Shown here piece by piece: positions 28,470 through 37,663 of a stretch of 64,000 bases of DNA; positions within the stretch are counted from its first letter, which is position 1; every line of letters begins with the position of its first letter. The stretch comes from Bacteroidota bacterium. GTDB taxonomy: Bacteria > Bacteroidota > Ignavibacteria > Kapaibacteriales > HRBIN21. The stretch spans positions 125,839 through 189,838 of the forward strand of contig JAUQPL010000004.1 of NCBI GenBank assembly GCA_030550395.1, read 5' to 3'. The position numbers and the translations under genes were made by a program. The notes under the pieces were generated by a model that was not told the DNA's origin, did no database searches, and saw only the letters and a program-made list of their open reading frames with translations.

Positions 28470-30461
28470 ATGCGGTACACGGTAGGTCTGGTAGGTGGGA
28501 TTTTGATGGGGTTTGTGGCCTTGGCGCAGCAGATTGTAGCTCCGGTGCTGCCGACGGAGATGACGCCAGTGGAATCCCCTCTGGGGCGGCAAGGGCAAGG
28601 TGGGTATTGGCAGGTACCTCCGATACCACTGATGCTCAAAGGTGGGCGCAGACCGGTTTCTATCCAGGAGTTCATCTTTGATTCCCTGGTCAATGCTTTC
28701 TCTTACTACTCCTGGCAGCAGCAGCCCGTGTGGTGGGATCCGGCCAGTGACGTTCTGATAACGCTCAAGCGTGGTGGGGCAACTTCTCCTGCCGGTGATG
28801 GTAATCGGCTTTACTATCGGTACTCAACTGACCGTGGGCGGTCGTGGTCGGAGCCGGTTCGGGTTTTTGACGGGAATCCACCGACAGGGCGTTTGCCGCG
28901 GTATCCGAGCGTGTATTTACTGAATGCGAACAATTCCACGGATCCGAACGATCTCATGGTGATTTTCGCCAGCCCGGTGACTGATGGAAGCGCATGGGTT
29001 GGGTTCCAAGATGGCTTCACGTACTTGGGGACTACGGATGTCCAGAGCTGGTTCAACGACGGAGTGACGGTGTCTCTCCCGAGCGGCCAGGTCCGATATA
29101 CATGGAGCACAGATTCCCGGATTGCCGCAACACGGGCTGGAGACTTGGCGTTGACCGTTGGGGCACTGATTGCTCCCAGTGGGGTTCCAACGTCGGAGCA
29201 GAATTACATTGGGTTGCGGATACAAGACTTTGCCTCACCCCCATTTGGTTATGTTCCCGACGAATGGCCCAGCAGTCTCTTCGGTGATCCTGGACAGCCC
29301 GGCTACCGTACAAATGTGCCGATCGGTATAGCCCGGGACGATGCAGGGAATCTGGTTGTTGCAATTTTTGGACGATATGCAAACTCGGACGATCCCGCTC
29401 TACCCACCGTTGGCTTCTTTATCTCCCGTGATGGAGGAAATTCATGGCAGGGTCCGAACATCTTGCAGCCTTCGGCAATTCGGGCATATGCGGTAGCGCA
29501 GGGGGCGACGCCCGATTCGGTTTCTGTGCCTTTCGGACTACAGACAGGCGCAGGGGGAAGCATTGCTATACCCAAGTCTTTTACTGCTTACGGAAACGGG
29601 AATGTGAGCATCGCCTTCCAGATTTTTGAGTTTGATAGTCAGAAGCCGCTGGAGCAGCGGGTTGCGCAAATGGTGGAAGCAACTTACAGTAATGGAACAT
29701 GGAACTTGCGGAAAATTAGCGATCGTTCCTGGCTCTCGTTTGCGCTGATAGCGGACCCGAACTCGGCGGCTTCTACGCAGGTTGGCAATGAGCTTCAACT
29801 TTGCCGGACAGCTGATGGTAGGACTCTTTTGGCGAAGTGGATTGAAGGCGCCATCTATATTGCACAAGCGGATATCAACGGCGATGGGATGGCTCCGGAT
29901 ACATTTGTGACAACGGATGTCTACGTAGCCACGCGCCAGCTGCCCGATGGGGAGTGGTCGCAACCGACCAATGTAACTGAGACCCCGATGTGGGATAAGC
30001 TAGCATGGATTCCGCCAATTGTGCCGAACGACCTGCAGCAGATCCCGTTGCTGATGGTGAAGACAGTAGTAGACACATTTGTGTACCCGACGATTTTGGA
30101 GCGATTGGTCAACAGCCAGTGGCAGCTCTTGGAGCGGCAGTATGTGACAATAGGCAACTTCTCGGCTGTGGTGTCAGCTCCGAGTGTGGCGACAAGGAGG
30201 GGACAGGGGTTACAGCTGAAGGTTTTGCCGCATCCTGTGCAGCAGGAGTTGCGTCTTGCAATTGGGAATGCTCTTGGAGGGAATGCTGAAGTTATGCTCT
30301 ACACAGTCAGTGGGGAGCTTGTCATAGCCCGACGGTTAAGCCTTGCGGCGGGAGAGCAGTTGGTTGTGGTACCGCTTGGGGCAATAGCGGCGGGGACGTA
30401 CATGCTGCATGTGCGCCATGGGGGTGAGACAGTAGTTCAGCCTGTGCTTGTCGTACGCTGA
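28470..30461 (+). CDS. Secreted BNR/Asp-box repeat protein with type IX secretion system C-terminal sorting domain
   Basis: The start was refined to MRYTVGLVGGILMGFVALAQQ (signal peptide) after an AGGAG. It has Asp-box motifs (STDRGRSW, SRDGGNSW). The C-terminal ~80 aa matches the Por_Secre_tail pattern (..VLPHPVQQELRLAI..MLYTVSGELV..GTYMLHV..). Confidence 0.6.
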   Translation: MRYTVGLVGGILMGFVALAQQIVAPVLPTEMTPVESPLGRQGQGGYWQVPPIPLMLKGGRRPVSIQEFIFDSLVNAFSYYSWQQQPVWWDPASDVLITLKRGGATSPAGDGNRLYYRYSTDRGRSWSEPVRVFDGNPPTGRLPRYPSVYLLNANNSTDPNDLMVIFASPVTDGSAWVGFQDGFTYLGTTDVQSWFNDGVTVSLPSGQVRYTWSTDSRIAATRAGDLALTVGALIAPSGVPTSEQNYIGLRIQDFASPPFGYVPDEWPSSLFGDPGQPGYRTNVPIGIARDDAGNLVVAIFGRYANSDDPALPTVGFFISRDGGNSWQGPNILQPSAIRAYAVAQGATPDSVSVPFGLQTGAGGSIAIPKSFTAYGNGNVSIAFQIFEFDSQKPLEQRVAQMVEATYSNGTWNLRKISDRSWLSFALIADPNSAASTQVGNELQLCRTADGRTLLAKWIEGAIYIAQADINGDGMAPDTFVTTDVYVATRQLPDGEWSQPTNVTETPMWDKLAWIPPIVPNDLQQIPLLMVKTVVDTFVYPTILERLVNSQWQLLERQYVTIGNFSAVVSAPSVATRRGQGLQLKVLPHPVQQELRLAIGNALGGNAEVMLYTVSGELVIARRLSLAAGEQLVVVPLGAIAAGTYMLHVRHGGETVVQPVLVVR

Positions 30462-30552
30462 GCTTGGGGCTCGCCTGGGTATGGTCATAGCGGCTGACAA
30501 AGGGGAGCTTCTGTAACAGGTATGCAGGGGTGAGAGTGGACGCCCGAAGGCA

Positions 30553-32193
30553 ATGGAGCAGGGCTTTCGAATAGCTGGACATGTGGTTCTGCTTGACCAG
30601 CGGCGGATTGAGCCGGCGGAGGTTGTGGTCCGGGACGGCAGGATTGCTGCCGTAGAAGCACGCCGAGCTTCGGAAGTACCATCGGTATACCTGCTACCGG
30701 GTTTTGTAGATGCCCACGTTCACGTGGAGAGTTCCTTGTTGCCACCTCCAGAGTTTGCCCGTCTGGCGGTTGTCCATGGGACGGTTGCAACCGTCTCCGA
30801 CCCCCATGAGATCGCAAATGTGCTTGGCGTTGAAGGGGTGCGTTATATGCTCCGGACCGGAGCGATGGTCCCGTTCATTTTCTGGTTTGGAGCTCCTTCG
30901 TGCGTACCGGCGACGCATTTTGAAACAGCTGGGGCGGAGTTGACGGCGGAGGATATCCGCACCTTGTTTGAGGAAGGGGTACCGTACTTGAGCGAGATGA
31001 TGAACTTCCCCGGGGTGCTGGAAGGGGACCCGGAGGTTATGGCGAAGCTGGAGCTGGCGCATTCCTATGGTCGTCCTGTGGACGGGCATGCTCCCGGATT
31101 GCGGGGGGAACAAGCGCGGAGATATGCTGCTGCAGGGATTTCCACAGACCATGAGTGTTTTACGCTGGAGGAAGCGCTGGACAAGGTGGAGGCGGGCATG
31201 TGGATTCTTATCCGCGAGGGCTCCGCAGCGCGCAATTTTGACGCCCTGCATCCCCTCCTGCGGCTCCATCCAGAACGCTGTATGTTTTGCACCGATGACC
31301 TGCATCCGGACCGGCTTGTGGAGGGGCATATCAACGGGTTAGTTCGACGTGCGATAGCTCTGGGTTACGATTTCTGGGATGTTCTCCGGGCAGCATGCCT
31401 CCATCCAGTACTCCACTACGGGTTACCGCTTGGGCGCCTACGTCCTGGTGACCCTGCTGACTTCATCGTGGTTGAAGATCTTGTGAACTTCCGGGTTCTG
31501 GCCACCTATATCCGTGGGGAGTGTGTTGCTCGGGAAGGCAACACGTTGATACCGCATTATCCGGTCGAGCGTGTGAATCGCTTTCGGAAGCGAATAGTGC
31601 GGGAGGAGGAGCTGCGGGTTCCGGCGCATGGGAAGACTCTGCGCCTTATAGAAGCCTATGATGGGCAGCTGGTCACCGGAGAGATTCACTGCTCTGCGCC
31701 GGTCCGGGATGGCGCTATCGTTGCTGATCCCGAGCAGGACATTCTCAAGCTGGTTGTGGTCAACCGCTATGCGGAGGCACCTCCGGCGGTAGCCTTTATT
31801 CGGGGCTTTGGGCTACGCCGTGGAGCGATTGCTTCCAGTGTCGCTCATGATTCGCACAATGTTATTGCCGTTGGAGGAAGTGATCGGGAATTGTGCTCTG
31901 CTCTCAACGCTGTCATGGAGGCGGAGGGAGGCTTGGCGGTTGCAGAAGGAGAACATGTTTCCGTGCTTCCCTTGAGCATTGCTGGGCTGATGAGCCCGGA
32001 GGATGGCTATACTGTGGCTCAGCGCTATACGGAACTCGATCGTGCCGCCAAGCAATGCGGTTCATCGCTGCAGGCACCCTTTATGACCCTTTCGTTTATG
32101 GCGTTGTTGGTCATTCCGGCGCTGAAGCTGAGTGATCGGGGGCTCTTCGACGGCAGGGCATTTCGATTTGTCCCGCTATGCGTGGAGTCGTAA
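30553..32193 (+). CDS. ade: Adenine deaminase
   Basis: Ade signature LLPGFVDAHVHVESS and ~550 aa two-domain architecture. Confidence 0.8.
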   Translation: MEQGFRIAGHVVLLDQRRIEPAEVVVRDGRIAAVEARRASEVPSVYLLPGFVDAHVHVESSLLPPPEFARLAVVHGTVATVSDPHEIANVLGVEGVRYMLRTGAMVPFIFWFGAPSCVPATHFETAGAELTAEDIRTLFEEGVPYLSEMMNFPGVLEGDPEVMAKLELAHSYGRPVDGHAPGLRGEQARRYAAAGISTDHECFTLEEALDKVEAGMWILIREGSAARNFDALHPLLRLHPERCMFCTDDLHPDRLVEGHINGLVRRAIALGYDFWDVLRAACLHPVLHYGLPLGRLRPGDPADFIVVEDLVNFRVLATYIRGECVAREGNTLIPHYPVERVNRFRKRIVREEELRVPAHGKTLRLIEAYDGQLVTGEIHCSAPVRDGAIVADPEQDILKLVVVNRYAEAPPAVAFIRGFGLRRGAIASSVAHDSHNVIAVGGSDRELCSALNAVMEAEGGLAVAEGEHVSVLPLSIAGLMSPEDGYTVAQRYTELDRAAKQCGSSLQAPFMTLSFMALLVIPALKLSDRGLFDGRAFRFVPLCVES

Positions 32194-32234
32194 AAAGTGC
32201 CAGGAGTTGCGGGATACTTGAGCGTGGGAGCAGC

Positions 32235-32242
32235 TAAGTTTG
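32235..32242 (+). promoter_or_regulatory. Candidate -7 element TAAGTTTG upstream of the fused E1 gene
   Basis: An exact TAnnTTTG 30 nt upstream of the ATG. Confidence 0.4.
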
Positions 32243-32271
32243 TAGTGCCATAGCTAGCAACGGAGGCATCG

Positions 32272-34371
32272 ATGCCCGGGCCGGTGTGGTCTCCTGTGGC
32301 AACTCGTCGGGAGCAGAAGTCTAGCGCAGAGCTATGGTGGGAAGTAGCGCGCTTACTGCTTGTGTCCCGTCGGATTGACGAGATAGAAGAGCAGCGGCTG
32401 CTGCCAGCGGGAAAGATTACGTATCAGTTTTCCGCCAAAGGACACGAGTTGGCACAGATTCTTCTGGGCTTGCACTTGGGGCATTCCCATGATGGGGCAG
32501 CGGTATATTACCGCTCGCGCCCGTTCATGCTGGCGGTCGGACTGACACCGGAGGAGGCTTTTGCTGGGCCTTTAGGGAGGGTGGGGAGTCCGAACAGTGG
32601 GAGGGACATTGGGGTAGTGTTCAATATGCCACCGCGGCGAGGCGTAACGGTGCTTCCTGCCAGCGGTGATGTCGGAGCGCAGTATACTCCGGCAGCCGGA
32701 TGGGCACAGGCGATTCTGTACCGACAGCGGGTATTGCAAGAGCGGGAATGGGAGGGAGCTGTCGCTGTGGCTCTGGGTGGGGATGGCTCCGTGGCTACCA
32801 ATGGCTTTTGGTCGGCATTGACAATGGCTACCACACTCCGGCTACCCATGCTGTTTTTCATTGAGAACAACGGTTATGGCATCTCCGTACCAGCGTCGCG
32901 GCAGGCGCCGGGTGGGCGGATTGCTCCCAATCTGCGCTCTTTCCGTGGTCTGCGCATCTGGGAGGTAGATGGGACCGATCCGAAGGCGATGCAGGAGGTG
33001 CTGATGGAGGTTTTACCGTTTGTCCGCTCTGCCGAGGGACCGGCATTGGTGGAGGTTTCTGTGCCTCGGTTGTGCGGGCATTCCAGTGCGGACACGCAGG
33101 CGTATAAGACGCCAGAGGAACGGGAACAAGAGCAGGCGCGCGATCCACTCCCTCGGCTTCGCCGATTCTTACTGCGGCATCGCCTCGTGGATGCCCAAAG
33201 TTGGCAACAACTGGAGCAGCAGGTTGAACAAGAAGTTCAGTCAGCACTTCAAGCAGCTCTCTCACAGCCAGAGCCCGATCCAGCAACAGCGCGTCGCTTT
33301 CTCTTCTCAGAACCTGGTACTCTCCAGCATGTCGGTGGACTTGCTCCTGAGGGGGTGCAGTTGCCAGAGGGCACGCCGATACCGCAGCCCAGCGGGCCAC
33401 GGATCAATATGGTGGATGCGATTCGGCGAACTCTGGAGCGGGAGATGGAGCTGAATCCTCGGCTGCTGATTTTCGGAGAAGATGTTGGGGTTAAAGGGGG
33501 AGTCCATGGAGCAACGTTGGACCTCCAGCAGAAGTTCGGCGCTGAGCGTGTCTTTGATACTTCGCTTTCTGAGGAGGGAATTATTGGGCGTGCCATTGGA
33601 ATGGCGTTGGCGGGACTGCTTCCGGTCCCGGAGATTCAGTTCCGCAAGTATGCCGATCCGGCAACCGAGCAGCTCAACGATTGTGGGACAATTCGCTGGC
33701 GCACAGCTGGGCGTTTTGCTGCCCCAATTGTTGTGCGTATTCCGGTCGGCTTCAGCAAAGTTACAGGTGACCCATGGCATAGCGTCTGTGGGGAAGCGGT
33801 CTTCGCTCATGCTCCCGGATGGCGGATTGCATTCCCCTCCAATGCAGAGGACGCTGTCGGTCTTTTGCGCGCGGCTCTGCGCGGCAACGATCCCACGATT
33901 TTCTTAGAGCATCGGGCTCTGTACGATACCCCACAGGCACGCCGCCCTTACCCGGGTGATGATTTTGTCCTCCCCTTTGGACAAGCAGCCTTAGTGCGGA
34001 AGGGCGCCTTGGTAACGGTAGTGACGTGGGGAGCGATGCTCTATCGCGTTATAGAGGCGATGGATCGCAGCGGGATTGAAGGTGATGTTATTGACCTGCG
34101 CACGCTGGTTCCCTGGGATAAGGAGGCGGTTTTAAACTCGGTGCGGAAGACGGGACGGTGTCTCATAGTGCACGAGGACACGTGGACGTGTGGGTTTGGA
34201 GCGGAAATTGCTGCTGTCGTTGCTCGGGAAGCTTTCCAATGGTTGGACGCTCCAATTGAGCGCGTTGCTGCGCTGGATTGCCCCGTTCCGTACAACCGGG
34301 GCTTGATGGATGCTGTGCTGCCTACAGTGGAGCGGATTGCGGTAGCATTGGAGCGCCTTCTACGCTTCTGA
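32272..34371 (+). CDS. 2-oxoacid (branched-chain alpha-keto acid) dehydrogenase E1 component, fused alpha/beta subunits
   Basis: The N-terminal half is TPP-binding E1-alpha-like; the C-terminal half is transketolase-like E1-beta. It is a single 699-aa polypeptide. Confidence 0.85.
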   Translation: MPGPVWSPVATRREQKSSAELWWEVARLLLVSRRIDEIEEQRLLPAGKITYQFSAKGHELAQILLGLHLGHSHDGAAVYYRSRPFMLAVGLTPEEAFAGPLGRVGSPNSGRDIGVVFNMPPRRGVTVLPASGDVGAQYTPAAGWAQAILYRQRVLQEREWEGAVAVALGGDGSVATNGFWSALTMATTLRLPMLFFIENNGYGISVPASRQAPGGRIAPNLRSFRGLRIWEVDGTDPKAMQEVLMEVLPFVRSAEGPALVEVSVPRLCGHSSADTQAYKTPEEREQEQARDPLPRLRRFLLRHRLVDAQSWQQLEQQVEQEVQSALQAALSQPEPDPATARRFLFSEPGTLQHVGGLAPEGVQLPEGTPIPQPSGPRINMVDAIRRTLEREMELNPRLLIFGEDVGVKGGVHGATLDLQQKFGAERVFDTSLSEEGIIGRAIGMALAGLLPVPEIQFRKYADPATEQLNDCGTIRWRTAGRFAAPIVVRIPVGFSKVTGDPWHSVCGEAVFAHAPGWRIAFPSNAEDAVGLLRAALRGNDPTIFLEHRALYDTPQARRPYPGDDFVLPFGQAALVRKGALVTVVTWGAMLYRVIEAMDRSGIEGDVIDLRTLVPWDKEAVLNSVRKTGRCLIVHEDTWTCGFGAEIAAVVAREAFQWLDAPIERVAALDCPVPYNRGLMDAVLPTVERIAVALERLLRF

Positions 34372-35673
34372 GGACAGGGCCTCTGTCAGGTAAGGGCTCA
34401 AGAGGGCAACTATGCGCTCAGTTCCTCCCAGGTGCTCCTGGATGACGGAGCAAGCGGCAGCACCACGGCGTCGGCGTTCTGCAGGGTGAAGTGCCATGTT
34501 GGAGAGCCAATGAGCCAGCTCGTCAGCTGTGTGGACGATCGTAAGTGCTCCGGCAGCTATGAGTTTGGGGGCGTCTGGGGAGCCGTCGATGGCCGGTCCG
34601 CAGGATAGGGGTAACCCATAGGCAGCCGGTTCGGCAAGGTTGTGCACACAGCGCCCGAAGCCTCCACCCACGTACGCTACCGTTCCGTATCCATAGAGCG
34701 AAAGCAGCAGCCCCAACCGGTCAATGATGAGGACGGGGAACTCTCCGTTTGCGGGAACGTCGGCCGTCATAGAGCTCCAGCAGAGAGCATGGGGGAAGAG
34801 GGAAAGAAGGCTTTGGATAGTGTTAGCGGTGGGCTCATGAGGGACAAGAATGAGGGTGGAGCGGGACTTTATCTCCTCGGGGAGTTGCTGAAGGGCGCGG
34901 AAGAGGAGTTGATGGTCCGCATCCCAGGTGCTCCCAGCGATGATATGGAAGCGTTCAGCAGAAAGGAAAACTTCCGGAAGGGGGAGGGACGGACGACACT
35001 GAGCGGCTTCCCAGATGCGGTCGTAGCGGGGATCGGGGACGACTGGGAAAGAGACTTTCGGCAGCAACTGCCGGAATTGCTCTGCATCGTCAGGTGTCAA
35101 AGGGACGATGGCATGGAATTGGCTGAGTATGCGGCACAGTATCGACCGGGCCCCTGGCAGCCTCCAGAGCCGATTTCGGGGAAAGGTAGCAGCAATGAGC
35201 AGTGTCGGTATCCTCTCTTGTCGGAGACGCCAGAGATAGTTGGGCCAGAGTTCATAGCGGATGAAGACAGCTACGTGAGGCCGCACAAGAGTGATAAACC
35301 GGCGGGCGTTTGCAGGGGTATCCGGCGGAAGAAGGATAACGGCATCTGCCAGTGGTGTCCGCTGATGGGCGGCGAAACCAGAGGGGGAGAAGAAAGACAC
35401 AACGACGAAGAGCTGGGGAAACGTTTCCCGGAGTTGGGCAATGACGGAGCGAACATGTTCAAATTCACCGGCGGAAGCAACGTGAACCCACAAGCGGGGA
35501 ACCCCCAGCGCAGAGGTAAGGAGCTCCGGAAGTTGGTGGAGATGCTCCCGCCATTGCTGGCGGAGCTGAAGCTTCCGACGGAGGGAGGGCACTGCTGCAG
35601 CAACGGTAGAGGCAATTTTCAAAGCGATACTGGAAAGCCACAGAAGAAGAGGCATCGGACGGTATGTGACCAC
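34360..35673 (-). CDS. waaA: 3-deoxy-D-manno-octulosonic acid (Kdo) transferase
   Basis: KdtA N-terminal region (WVHVASAGEFEHV..) and a glycosyltransferase GT30 C-terminal domain. Confidence 0.8.
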   Translation of the reverse strand: MVTYRPMPLLLWLSSIALKIASTVAAAVPSLRRKLQLRQQWREHLHQLPELLTSALGVPRLWVHVASAGEFEHVRSVIAQLRETFPQLFVVVSFFSPSGFAAHQRTPLADAVILLPPDTPANARRFITLVRPHVAVFIRYELWPNYLWRLRQERIPTLLIAATFPRNRLWRLPGARSILCRILSQFHAIVPLTPDDAEQFRQLLPKVSFPVVPDPRYDRIWEAAQCRPSLPLPEVFLSAERFHIIAGSTWDADHQLLFRALQQLPEEIKSRSTLILVPHEPTANTIQSLLSLFPHALCWSSMTADVPANGEFPVLIIDRLGLLLSLYGYGTVAYVGGGFGRCVHNLAEPAAYGLPLSCGPAIDGSPDAPKLIAAGALTIVHTADELAHWLSNMALHPAERRRRGAAACSVIQEHLGGTERIVALLSPYLTEALSSEA

Positions 35674-35708
35674 CGCGTGCTGGGGAGTGATTTCAAAATT
35701 ACCGTAAA

Positions 35709-36260
35709 TTGCCCTTCCAGCGGGAGCCAGAGATGGTGCCGGACCAGGTGGTGACGAGCGTCTTGGAGCGGAAGACCCGGCAGCGTCTCCGAGAGTATGG
35801 TGTGCTTGTGCTGATGCTGGGTTTTTTCGTCAGCGTGTTTACGCCGGTGGTAGAACTTGGCCTCGCACTCCCGATTGGCCTCTTAGCATTGGCCATGGGG
35901 ATGAGCTTGGCATGGTTGCGGGAATATCGGCGATTGCTTGCGAATTCATACTATCGCTTGGCGGTAGAGGCGTCGGAAAGCTTTCTGTTGCTAGTGTTGT
36001 TGGGAGGTTCGGCTTTTTTAGCCCATGGTCTGCGCCTATCGCTGGTTCTGTACCAAGCACATTTGAGCTATGCACTCTTTGGGTACTTAGTTGGCTCGTT
36101 AGCGGGGGAGGTAGGGTGGCGTCGTTTGGTGTTCGGACGGCTTTTAGCCGAGCAGCAGTATCGGTATGTGCAGAATCTCTCGCCCTCGGTTCTTCTTCCC
36201 TACTCGTGGCGTCATTTCCGGTTGCTGTGGCGTCGGTGGCGTGATGGTCGTGAGGGATGA
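35709..36260 (+). CDS. Hypothetical 4-TM membrane protein
   Basis: Hydrophobic segments; the start is possibly MVPDQ at 35733. Its stop overlaps the next ATG (ATGA). Confidence 0.45.
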   Translation: MPFQREPEMVPDQVVTSVLERKTRQRLREYGVLVLMLGFFVSVFTPVVELGLALPIGLLALAMGMSLAWLREYRRLLANSYYRLAVEASESFLLLVLLGGSAFLAHGLRLSLVLYQAHLSYALFGYLVGSLAGEVGWRRLVFGRLLAEQQYRYVQNLSPSVLLPYSWRHFRLLWRRWRDGREG

Positions 36261-37663
36261 GCCTTGTAGCGGCGGTGGTAGGCACACTGATTGGGACGGC
36301 AGTTCCGGGGGAACAGGTGCTGCCCTATTTTCCTGAGGCGGCGGCCGTCGTGGCTGTGGCTGCCCGGCGGGAGTATACAAAGGAACGCCGTAGGGCGGTA
36401 CATTTCCGGAAGGCTACCGTGCGAAAGCCGAGCGTGCGGAGGGGAAAGAGAATGTCCGCACGGGACCGATTACATCGTAGGATACGGCGCTTTGCTCCGC
36501 GATGGTACGAAGTTGCTGACACGACGTTGGCAATTGGAGTGCGGTACCAGCGGTATCGGGTCGTAGCGTCTCCCGAGCGGCGGGTCCACGTGATACGGGT
36601 CTGGCTGCGCCAACCAGGGGTCGAGGTAAAACTAATCCCCGCGCTCCCAGGGCAGCGAGAGACGCTTGCCGATATTGTCCGGCGGTATGATACATCCAGC
36701 CCTCTCTACGAAGTCGTGGCTGCCGTCAATGGGTATTTCTGGAGTCGTTGGGGGGCTTTCCCCGTAGGCATAGCGGCTACGGATGGAGAACTTCTGCAAG
36801 CTTCGCGCTACAAGCGCTGGAGCGCCTTCGCTGTGGACGGGAGGGGGAATGCGTTTGTGGATACGTTTCTGCTACAGCTTGCTGTGCGTTTGCCCGATGG
36901 CTGCCGGCTGCCACTCCACTCAGTAAATCGGCGGGATGATACGGTGAGCAATGTCCTATACACGCGGTTTGCTGGGGATACGATTCCACGGCCCCAAGCG
37001 GTGGTCATGACAGTTGTAGAGGGGGACAGTTTGGATAGCGTTGCCGTTGTAAATATCCCAGCTGATACGCTAGAGCCGTTGCATTGGAAGCTGCGCCTGC
37101 GGTATCTGCGGACGCCCTTTCTCGGAGGATCTTTGCCGTGTTTAGTCGTGGGAGTTGATTCAGGCTCAGTCCCGATGCCTTTACGGGGGTGTCTCCTTTC
37201 GCTTGGCCGTCCTTTCTCTCTGGCTGCTCTTCCGCAAGTGGGTGACACGGTATGGTTGGAGAGCACCTTTTCCCCGTCTGTGAAAAGCTCGGTCCAGCAT
37301 GTCTGGAGCGGGACTCCCCGGCTTGTTCGCAATGGACGGGTGCAGGTGGAAGCGGCGCGGGAAGGGACGACCTCGGCACGCTTCCTCTATCGGAGGCGGG
37401 CGCGGACGGCGGTCGGATTGACAAGGCGTGGAGAGCTCCTGCTCGTTGTCGTAGAGCATGGACATAGCTCTGGTGGGGCCACGATTGCGGAACTGGCTCA
37501 ATGGATGCGCCATCTGGGGGCGTATCAGGCGCTCAATTTGGATGGGGGTTCTTCCTCAGGGGTGTATATTCCAGGGGTCGGGACGTTGGGGAACACCTTC
37601 CCCGTTGCTTCGGCTTTAGCTGTGATTTGCCGCAAAATGCCGGCATCGGGAGGATTACGGTGA
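36257..37663 (+). CDS. Phosphodiester glycosidase (NAGPA-like) family protein
   Basis: C-terminal NLDGGSSS motif typical of the family; assignment from memory of the domain. Confidence 0.55.
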   Translation: MSLVAAVVGTLIGTAVPGEQVLPYFPEAAAVVAVAARREYTKERRRAVHFRKATVRKPSVRRGKRMSARDRLHRRIRRFAPRWYEVADTTLAIGVRYQRYRVVASPERRVHVIRVWLRQPGVEVKLIPALPGQRETLADIVRRYDTSSPLYEVVAAVNGYFWSRWGAFPVGIAATDGELLQASRYKRWSAFAVDGRGNAFVDTFLLQLAVRLPDGCRLPLHSVNRRDDTVSNVLYTRFAGDTIPRPQAVVMTVVEGDSLDSVAVVNIPADTLEPLHWKLRLRYLRTPFLGGSLPCLVVGVDSGSVPMPLRGCLLSLGRPFSLAALPQVGDTVWLESTFSPSVKSSVQHVWSGTPRLVRNGRVQVEAAREGTTSARFLYRRRARTAVGLTRRGELLLVVVEHGHSSGGATIAELAQWMRHLGAYQALNLDGGSSSGVYIPGVGTLGNTFPVASALAVICRKMPASGGLR

